Assembly: GCA_016297965.1 (NCBI GenBank)
Contig: JAEDDP010000004.1
Span: 15,661 to 79,660 of the forward strand
Reading direction: 5' to 3'
Length of the DNA: 64,000 nucleotides
Source: Alphaproteobacteria bacterium
Lineage (GTDB): Bacteria; Pseudomonadota; Alphaproteobacteria; Rs-D84; CACZYB01
Below, in pieces: positions 57,515 through 64,000 of this stretch (position 1 is the first letter of the stretch; each line of letters starts with the position of its first letter). The notes under the pieces are model-generated. The model was not told where the DNA came from and did not search any database. It saw nothing but the letters and a program-made list of their open reading frames with translations. The translations under genes were made by a program, and so were the position numbers.

Positions 57515-59044
57515 ATGACAGACAGAAAGAAACCTGTATTATTGTGTATTCTTGATGGTTGGGGATATAATCCAAACAAAACCGGTAATGCAATTGAGGA
57601 GGCGAACACTCCAAATTGGCACAGGATGTTAAATGAATACCCTCACGGTTTACTTGATGCAAGTGGTACAGATGTTGGACTTCCACGCGGTCAAATGGGT
57701 AATTCTGAGGTTGGACACACAAACATCGGTGCTGGTCGTGTTGTTCTTCAACTTCTTGGTCAAATAGAACAAGCAATCCAAACAGACACCCTTAAATCAA
57801 ATCCATACCTTTTGGAATTTATAAAAAAGATAAAGGATGCCAATGGTGCCTGCCATCTTTTCGGACTTTTATCCGATGGTGGTGTTCACGCACACATTGA
57901 CCACATAATCGCATTGGCAAAGGCTCTTGATGCCAATAATATAAAGACATACATTCATGTTGCAACTGATGGTCGTGATACACCTCCTTCATCTGCCGTT
58001 GAATATGTAAAACAATTTATTGATGCAACAAAGGATTGCAAAAATATTTCAATTGCAACAATTTCCGGCCGTTATTACTCAATGGACCGAAACAAGACTT
58101 GGGACAGGACAAAGCTTGCCTATGATGCAATGACTATGGCAAAATCAGAAAGCAAATTTACAAACCCTGTTGATGCAATTGAAGCATCATACAAAAATGG
58201 GAAAACAGACGAATTTATCGTTCCAACCGTAAATGAAAATTACCATGGAATGAACGACGGCGACGGTGTTTTAATTGCAAACTTCCGTGCAGACCGTGTT
58301 CGTCAAATTGCATCCGCACTTGCAGACCCAGATTTTAAGGATTTCACACGCCAAAAGGTTGTTAAATTCTCGGCTCTTCTTGGTATGGCGGAATATTCCG
58401 AAGAATTAAACAAGCTATACAAAACTTTGTTCCCTGCGGTTACACTAAAACACATTTTTGGTGAAGAAGTTGCAAATGCGGGATTGAAACAATTACGTAT
58501 CGCCGAAACGGAAAAATATGCCCATGTGACATTCTTCTTTAATGGTGGAGAGGAAAAAGTTTTCCCAAACGAAGACCGAATTTTAATTCCATCACCATCC
58601 GTTGCAACATACGATTTAAAACCGGAAATGTCGGCATACGAAATTACAGATAACCTTGAAAAAGTTATTGCCGAAGACAAATACGATACAATAATCCTTA
58701 ACTATGCAAACGGCGATATGGTTGGACATACTGGTATTATGTCCGCTGCCAAAAAGGCCGCCGAAACTTTGGATAATTGTATTGCACGTCTTGAAAAGGC
58801 AATACTTGCAAAAAATGGAGCAATGTTAATAATTGCCGATCACGGTAATTGCGAAAAAATGGTTGATGAAAACGGTGAACCATTTACCGCACATACAAGC
58901 AACAAGGTATTTTCTATACTTGTAAGCAATGACAAGGACATCCATTCACTTCACGATGGAAAACTTGCCGATGTTGCACCAACATTGCTTAAACTTTTGA
59001 ACTTACCAATTCCTTCTGAAATGACGGGAAAACCTTTGTTTTAA
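57515..59044 (+). CDS. gpmI: 2,3-bisphosphoglycerate-independent phosphoglycerate mutase
   Basis: LCILDGWG N-terminus, catalytic-Ser motif MGNSEVGH, and ADHGN near the C-terminus. Confidence 0.95.
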   Translation: MTDRKKPVLLCILDGWGYNPNKTGNAIEEANTPNWHRMLNEYPHGLLDASGTDVGLPRGQMGNSEVGHTNIGAGRVVLQLLGQIEQAIQTDTLKSNPYLLEFIKKIKDANGACHLFGLLSDGGVHAHIDHIIALAKALDANNIKTYIHVATDGRDTPPSSAVEYVKQFIDATKDCKNISIATISGRYYSMDRNKTWDRTKLAYDAMTMAKSESKFTNPVDAIEASYKNGKTDEFIVPTVNENYHGMNDGDGVLIANFRADRVRQIASALADPDFKDFTRQKVVKFSALLGMAEYSEELNKLYKTLFPAVTLKHIFGEEVANAGLKQLRIAETEKYAHVTFFFNGGEEKVFPNEDRILIPSPSVATYDLKPEMSAYEITDNLEKVIAEDKYDTIILNYANGDMVGHTGIMSAAKKAAETLDNCIARLEKAILAKNGAMLIIADHGNCEKMVDENGEPFTAHTSNKVFSILVSNDKDIHSLHDGKLADVAPTLLKLLNLPIPSEMTGKPLF

Positions 59045-59076
59045 TAAAGAATAAAAGTTCAAAAAATAAAAAATAA

Positions 59077-59100
59077 AGCCTCCAATTTTTGGGGGCTTTT
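59077..59100. terminator. Bidirectional intrinsic terminator after gpmI
   Basis: AGCCTCC-aattttt-GGGGGCT followed by TTTT, with an A-run upstream. Confidence 0.7.
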
Positions 59101-59118
59101 AATAAAAAATATTTGAAA

Positions 59119-59427
59119 TCAAAGATGAATACTTGCCATCCCCTGAACAAAATATTTCACAAAATTTTTAAATTTTGATGGTTTTGTTTGTGTTTTAAAA
59201 AATTCAATATTTATTGAAAACATTGCCCGAAAATAATTAATCTCACTGATACTTAAAAAACGATTTACATTTTTATCATCAACAAATTCATCCCGCAAAG
59301 AAAGTAATTGTTTGTAAACCTTTGATGGATTTTTGTTTTGCATAACTTGTTCCAAACCACCCAAATATTTATCAAAAATTTCCTTCTTTTTGATATTCAC
59401 ATCAATTTTTGAACCAATTTTTCGCAT
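59119..59427 (-). CDS. Hypothetical protein (102 aa)
   Basis: ORF 13 nt downstream of the 106-aa ORF on the same strand. No motif. Confidence 0.45.
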   Translation of the reverse strand: MRKIGSKIDVNIKKKEIFDKYLGGLEQVMQNKNPSKVYKQLLSLRDEFVDDKNVNRFLSISEINYFRAMFSINIEFFKTQTKPSKFKNFVKYFVQGMASIHL

Positions 59428-59440
59428 AAAAATTCACCCT

Positions 59441-59761
59441 TTAATATCCACGTGTATTTTTTCGTTTTATTAAGTTAAATGAAAAAGGAAGCTTGAACTT
59501 TTTCGCCTCAATTTCCGCTTCAACATTTCTTACCTTATCATAAATTATTGTTGCAATACTGTCCGAAAGTTTACTAAGTTTCGCCGACTTTATAAAATCA
59601 TCATTTTCCAATTCAACAATAATTTCCAATAACTTTTGCCTTTTCTTTAACAATTTTAATGAAGAATTAAACACATTAAAGGCACGACCAAAATAATAAT
59701 ATCTTAATGCATTAACGACATCAAATTCTTCATCATCTTTTTCATAAACAACTTTATTCAT
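59441..59761 (-). CDS. Hypothetical protein (106 aa)
   Basis: ORF starting 8 nt after the lepA stop, with AGGA as SD. No motif. Confidence 0.45.
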   Translation of the reverse strand: MNKVVYEKDDEEFDVVNALRYYYFGRAFNVFNSSLKLLKKRQKLLEIIVELENDDFIKSAKLSKLSDSIATIIYDKVRNVEAEIEAKKFKLPFSFNLIKRKNTRGY

Positions 59762-59769
59762 TTTATATC

Positions 59770-61575
59770 CTAATCATCACTAATTTTAAGGGCTTGAATA
59801 AATGCTTCCTGCGGAATTTCCACCGAACCAAAAGTACGCATTCTCTTTTTTCCCTTCTTTTGTTTATCAAGAAGCTTTCTTTTTCGGGAAATATCACCAC
59901 CATAACATTTTGCAAGGACATCTTTTCTGTATGCAGAAATAGTTTCCCTTGCAATAACCTTTGCTCCAATCGCCGCCTGTATTGGAATTTTAAACATATG
60001 CCGAGGAATAAGGTTTTTCAACCGCTCACAAATCGCCCTACCACGCTTTTCAACTTCGGTTTTATGCGCAATAAACGACAACGCCTCAACCGGTTCTTCG
60101 TTTATAAGTATTGACACTTTCGCAAGCTCCGCTTCCTGATAATTTGAAAGTTCATAATCAAAACTTGCATACCCAGAACTGATTGATTTTAACCGGTCAT
60201 AAAAATCAAAAACAATTTCATTAAGAGGTATTTGATAAACAACCATAGCCCGACTTCCAACATAGGTAAGGTTTTCTTGAATACCGCGCCTGTCATTACA
60301 AAGTTTCATTATCGCACCCAAATATTCATCCGGCGTCATAATCGTTGCCCGTACAAGAGGTTCTTCCATACTCCTTATCTTTGATGGATCAGGCATATCC
60401 GCCGGAGTGGTCAAAACAATATCTTCCCCATTTGTAAGATGAAGTTTATATGCCACCGATGGAGCCGTTGTAATAATATCAAGGTTAAATTCACGTTCCA
60501 ATCTTTCTTCAATAATTTCCATATGAAGAAGTCCCAAAAATCCACAACGGAAACCAAACCCAAGTGCCGGTGAATTTTCAATTTCGTAAACAAAACTTGC
60601 ATCATTAAGTTCCAACTTCGCCACCGCATCTTTAAGAAGTGGGTAATCCGAAGCATCAACCGGAAATATAGATGAAAACACAACCGGAACCGAAGGTTTA
60701 AACCCTGGCAATGCCTCACTGGCTGGCTGTTTTACAAGTGTCAAAGTATCACCAACACGACAATCGGAAAGTTGCTTTATACCACTTATAATATACCCAA
60801 CCTCACCGGAACAAAGTTCATCAACTTGTTGCATTTTTGGGGTAAACACACCAATTTGCTCGGCTTTATAATTGGCATTATTTGACATCATTTTTATTTC
60901 ATCGCCCTTTCGTATAACGCCACTTACAATACGAATAAGCATTACAACACCAAGGTAAACATCATACCAACTGTCAACAATCAATGCCTTTAATGGTTCA
61001 TCATCCCTATCCTGTGGCGGAGGAAGTCTTTTCACAATCGCTTCCAACACATCATCAACCCCCAAACCAGTCTTTGCGGAAATAAGTATCGCCTGCGATG
61101 CATCAATTCCGATAACATCCTCAATCTGCCTTTTCACCCTTTCTGGGTCTGCCGCCGGAAGGTCCACCTTATTAAGGACAACTTCAATTTGTAAATTTGC
61201 ATCTATCGCCTTATATGCATTGGCAAGGGTTTGTGCCTCAACTCCCTGCGACGCATCCACAACAAGCAAAGCTCCTTCACATGCGGAAAGCGACCTTGAC
61301 ACCTCATACGAAAAATCAACGTGCCCCGGTGTATCAATCAAATTAAGTTGATACATCCTTCCATCACTCGCCTTATAATTAAGGCGACAGGTTTGTGATT
61401 TAATTGTGATTCCACGCTCCCTCTCAATATCCATATTGTCAAGGATTTGATCCTTCATTTCCCTATCACTTACGGCACCACATTTTTGAATAAGCCTGTC
61501 TGCCAAAGTGGATTTTCCGTGATCAATATGTGCAACAATAGAAAAATTTCGTATATTTTCTTTCGGAGTTTTCAT
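59770..61575 (-). CDS. lepA: Elongation factor 4 (LepA)
   Basis: [18 protein letters not shown] (G1), [13 protein letters not shown], and the LepA-specific C-terminal domain. Confidence 0.97.
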   Translation of the reverse strand: MKTPKENIRNFSIVAHIDHGKSTLADRLIQKCGAVSDREMKDQILDNMDIERERGITIKSQTCRLNYKASDGRMYQLNLIDTPGHVDFSYEVSRSLSACEGALLVVDASQGVEAQTLANAYKAIDANLQIEVVLNKVDLPAADPERVKRQIEDVIGIDASQAILISAKTGLGVDDVLEAIVKRLPPPQDRDDEPLKALIVDSWYDVYLGVVMLIRIVSGVIRKGDEIKMMSNNANYKAEQIGVFTPKMQQVDELCSGEVGYIISGIKQLSDCRVGDTLTLVKQPASEALPGFKPSVPVVFSSIFPVDASDYPLLKDAVAKLELNDASFVYEIENSPALGFGFRCGFLGLLHMEIIEERLEREFNLDIITTAPSVAYKLHLTNGEDIVLTTPADMPDPSKIRSMEEPLVRATIMTPDEYLGAIMKLCNDRRGIQENLTYVGSRAMVVYQIPLNEIVFDFYDRLKSISSGYASFDYELSNYQEAELAKVSILINEEPVEALSFIAHKTEVEKRGRAICERLKNLIPRHMFKIPIQAAIGAKVIARETISAYRKDVLAKCYGGDISRKRKLLDKQKKGKKRMRTFGSVEIPQEAFIQALKISDD

Positions 61576-61665
61576 CTAAATTCACCCTTTTTATCTTATT
61601 GACTAAAAAGTACCATAGAATACAAATATTTCAATAAAAATTTGATATTTTTACTAAAAAAAGAC

Positions 61666-61694
61666 TTTACAATCATAAAATAAAATTTTACTAT
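61666..61694 (+). promoter_or_regulatory. sigma70-like promoter for the dsbA-like gene
   Basis: TTTACA (61666..61671), a 17-nt spacer, then TACTAT (61689..61694). Confidence 0.5.
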
Positions 61695-61732
61695 CAGAAA
61701 TGTTTCATAAACTACAAGAAAGGAGAAAGAGT

Positions 61733-62563
61733 ATGAACACACTTATGTTAGTATTGGGTCTTATCTGGGTAATTGCTTTTGTAGTATATACAAAAACTGT
61801 TGCAACAAAGACTTTTAACAAAAAATCTACTTCAATTCTTGCAACTGTTGTTGCACCGATTGTTATCTTATTCTTGGCTATTTATACAACTGCACATTCT
61901 GTTGTAAGAATTGCAATGATAAATGACCCAGAAATCTTAACAGATACAATTAAGGAACTTGAAGAAGTTGAAAAACAAAAACAAGAAAAGGCCGCAAAAG
62001 AATCCCTTAAAAATGTAAAGGAAGATGATTCTAAATTTGCACCAACCATTGGTAATTTGGACGGCGACGTTGTTATCTATGAATTCTTTGATTTCAACTG
62101 TGGCTATTGCAAACGTGGAAATATGGCTTTAAGACAAGTTCTTGATTCTGACAAGAATGTAAAGGTTGTTTTGAAAAACTATCCAATCTTCCCATTCTCT
62201 CAAATTCCAGCAAAAGCTGAAATCGCAGCAAAAGAACAAGGTGTTGAAAAGTTAGAAGCATTCCACAATGCTTTGTTTGAAGCAAACCTTATGCCAGAAA
62301 GAGATGCAAAGGCAACCGAAAAAGATATCAACGACCAAATCAAAGCTATCGTTTTTGGAGTTGCACAAAAAGCTGGACTTGACGTTGAAAAGTTGAAAAA
62401 AGATATGGAAGCTCCTTCTGTTGAAGAAGAACTTTTAAGAACTCGTCAACTTGCAGAAAAACTTGGTATCCAAGGAACACCTGCATTCATCGTTGGTGAA
62501 AAATTCTTCCGTGGTTATGTTGATACACCAGTTATTATTGAAGCAATTGAAGCATCAAGATAA
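61733..62563 (+). CDS. DsbA-family thiol:disulfide oxidoreductase (membrane-anchored)
   Basis: Start at the ATG at 61733, behind AAAGGAGAAAG. Two N-terminal TM segments, the thioredoxin CxxC motif FNCGYCKR, and GTPAFIVG. Confidence 0.85.
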   Translation: MNTLMLVLGLIWVIAFVVYTKTVATKTFNKKSTSILATVVAPIVILFLAIYTTAHSVVRIAMINDPEILTDTIKELEEVEKQKQEKAAKESLKNVKEDDSKFAPTIGNLDGDVVIYEFFDFNCGYCKRGNMALRQVLDSDKNVKVVLKNYPIFPFSQIPAKAEIAAKEQGVEKLEAFHNALFEANLMPERDAKATEKDINDQIKAIVFGVAQKAGLDVEKLKKDMEAPSVEEELLRTRQLAEKLGIQGTPAFIVGEKFFRGYVDTPVIIEAIEASR

Positions 62564-62586
62564 TATTGGAAAATTTTAAAGGTCAG

Positions 62587-62612
62587 CCCCCATTTACATG
62601 GGGGTTTTCTTT
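62587..62612 (+). terminator. Intrinsic terminator after the dsbA-like gene
   Basis: CCCCCAT-ttac-ATGGGGG followed by TTTTCTTTT. Confidence 0.8.
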
Positions 62613-62687
62613 TATACAAAAATAATTATTGACAAATTATTTTTAATCGTCTATATTCTAAAACATAAAATAAAAATAAGGAAAAAA

Positions 62688-63215
62688 ATGTTATTGGCAA
62701 ATACACTTATCAATTATAAAAAAAGATGTGCAAAAGAAAGTAATTTCAGGCTACCCCCAAAAATTCAAAAACAGTTTTTGGACAGTATCTTACAGGACCG
62801 CGTGGCCGAAGAAATTGATATTTATTTCACAAGGGTTAATCACAACAACGAGCCAACCGATTTTTCTCAAATATTAAACCCAGTAGAAGAAGTTATCACC
62901 CTTTACGTTAATAACAAAAAATTTTCCGAACAAATCACCCCATCACAACGCGATTTAATGTATGTTGTTTTTTCAACGTTAAGCAGACACCGCACAAAAA
63001 AGATTACATCCGAAATCAAAAATTTAAAGAATTTATCATTCCTTTTCAAAAAAATAACCAACGATGAATTTGTTGATGCCTTTGATGAAATATATGAAAA
63101 AATGCAATCAAGGAAACACAGACACCAACCAATAAATTCAATTGTTAAAGAAAAGAATACAAACAATCTTTCTCCAAATGTAATTCCATCAATGGTAAAA
63201 GAAAAAACACGATAA
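62688..63215 (+). CDS. Hypothetical protein (175 aa)
   Basis: Start moved to the ATG at 62688, behind AAGGAAAAA. The track start at 62598 lies inside the upstream terminator. No motif. Confidence 0.45.
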   Translation: MLLANTLINYKKRCAKESNFRLPPKIQKQFLDSILQDRVAEEIDIYFTRVNHNNEPTDFSQILNPVEEVITLYVNNKKFSEQITPSQRDLMYVVFSTLSRHRTKKITSEIKNLKNLSFLFKKITNDEFVDAFDEIYEKMQSRKHRHQPINSIVKEKNTNNLSPNVIPSMVKEKTR

Positions 63216-63227
63216 TTGTTTTTTTAC

Positions 63228-63256
63228 TTTACAAAAAAAGATTCTTGAATTATAAT
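63228..63256 (+). promoter_or_regulatory. sigma70-like promoter for tRNA-Ser(UGA)
   Basis: TTTACA (63228..63233), a 17-nt spacer, then TATAAT (63251..63256). Confidence 0.6.
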
Positions 63257-63271
63257 CCTAACATCTTTTGC

Positions 63272-63361
63272 GGATGGGTGGCAGAGCGGTCGAATGCGGC
63301 GGTCTTGAAAACCGTTGTGGGGGCAACTCCACCGGGGGTTCGAATCCCTCCCCATCCGCCA
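63272..63361 (+). tRNA. tRNA-Ser (anticodon UGA), long variable arm, CCA encoded
   Basis: Acceptor GGATGGG/CCCATCC, anticodon arm GCGGT-CTTGAAA-ACCGT, a long variable arm, and T-arm GGGGG-TTCGAAT-CCCTC (stem closed by a G-T wobble). Confidence 0.9.
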
Positions 63362-63438
63362 CTTCTCCTTTTTGAATAAAAAAGTAAAAAGAAAGAAATA
63401 TTTTTTATATTTTTAAAATTTTTACACACTATATTACA

Positions 63439-63466
63439 CCCCAAAGTTTATAAAAAAATTTTGGGG
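63439..63466 (+). terminator. Hairpin downstream of tRNA-Ser(UGA) (possible terminator)
   Basis: CCCCAAA-N14-TTTGGGG followed by TAAAATTTT (a weak U-tract). Confidence 0.45.
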
Positions 63467-63476
63467 TAAAATTTTA

Positions 63477-63578
63477 CCCCTTGCATTATTTCGCGAATCG
63501 TGATATTATACTTATATACATTGATGATAGATAACTTATAACACTTTGAAAGGGTGATGACCTTTAAAGTGATTTTTT
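63477..63578 (+). repeat. Copy 4 of the ~102-nt intergenic element (candidate sRNA unit)
   Basis: Same layout as copy 3. The operator variant is TCGCGA-A-TCGTGA. Relative to copy 3 there are three substitutions (one of them the operator change) plus a 1-nt deletion in the 5' region. Confidence 0.85.
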
Positions 63579-63583
63579 ATACC

Positions 63584-64000
63584 TTAGTCAGTCATCGTAA
63601 TAAAATCATCATCACCATACAAACTTTTACCATTGATATAAAAAGTTTTTCCATCATCGTTCTCATTTATCAATTCAAAACCGAAAAGGTTCAACAATTT
63701 CTTATTCATACGATAATGTGTTGGATTTTTCATCCCCATAAAAATATTTTCACGGCAATTATAACATTTTGCAAATACCGGAATTGTCGCCACCTCCCGC
63801 GAAAGGAACGAATGTCCTCGCTTGTTTTGACCAACCAATTCACCATGGTCACTTTGATAAATAATATATGTCGGTGCTCCGGTCTTTTGCGCAACTTCCC
63901 GCGCATATTTGAAAATATTTTTATTCAAATCATCCCACACCAAAACAGAATTGCTGTATTCTGCAACCTTTCGCGATTTCGTACTGTCATCATCCGGCTT
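63584..64000 (-). CDS. Sulfatase-family protein (phosphoethanolamine-transferase / LTA-synthase-like), C-terminal part; runs off the window
   Basis: YIIYQSDHGE motif. The frame stays open upstream of the track start to position 64000 (…EYSNSVLVWDD resembles the YDNxxxYTD motif). Confidence 0.7.
   Translation of the reverse strand, partial: KPDDDSTKSRKVAEYSNSVLVWDDLNKNIFKYAREVAQKTGAPTYIIYQSDHGELVGQNKRGHSFLSREVATIPVFAKCYNCRENIFMGMKNPTHYRMNKKLLNLFGFELINENDDGKTFYINGKSLYGDDDFITMTD

Noticed and set aside
62598-62687. The 30-codon N-terminal extension of track ORF 62598..63215.
   Set aside because: The proposed start sits inside the terminator hairpin of the upstream dsbA-like gene. An internal ATG at 62688 has an upstream purine-rich SD-like sequence.

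Overview
A visibly AT-rich 64-kb chromosomal segment from a Gram-negative bacterium. It is densely packed with housekeeping genes. The conserved block rpmF-plsX-fabH-ihfA-merR, together with rppH, an RNase E carrying an acidic insert in its S1 domain, and kdsD-lptC, points to an AT-rich (probably uncultured or host-associated) alphaproteobacterium; this lineage call is inference. Recognisable genes: groES-groEL, ssb, eno, ompA-family, tadA, secA, dnaE, rppH, merR, ihfA, fabH, plsX, rpmF, rpmE, gmk, an RND efflux operon (adaptor, pump, outer-membrane factor), CoA-transferase A/B, marC, comEC, recG, an HD-GYP protein, priA, queA, an AMIN-amidase, rne, rpoZ, mtaB, a glycosyltransferase, a TrmN6-like methyltransferase, a fused lgt-pgeF, lptC, kdsD, a suhB-like gene, gpmI, lepA, a dsbA-like gene and a partial sulfatase-family gene at the right edge. 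There are four tRNAs: Thr-GGU, Ser-CGA, Pro-UGG, Ser-UGA. I saw no rRNA, CRISPR array, IS element, integrase or prophage. Five things deserve a second look. (1) A ~102-nt intergenic element occurs in four near-identical copies, each built like a self-contained small-RNA gene (promoter, palindromic operator, hairpin plus U-tail). (2) A translationally coupled two-gene cassette with its own consensus promoter lies between recG and tRNA-Pro. Its first protein shows a degenerate RelA/SpoT (small alarmone synthetase / toxSAS-like) signature and its partner is an orphan. (3) A GC-enriched, hairpin-dense ~220-nt leader ends in an intrinsic terminator just upstream of a glycosyltransferase gene. (4) A promoter has a T13 homopolymer as its -35/-10 spacer, upstream of two orphan genes. 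(5) There are several smaller oddities: the lgt-pgeF fusion, a degenerate SuhB metal site, a Ser/Arg-rich protein with ephrin-receptor-like Cys repeats, an ORF frameshifted at homopolymers, a DUF4422 remnant, and a tRNA-Thr with C55. All functional calls rest on motif recognition by eye; no database search was run.
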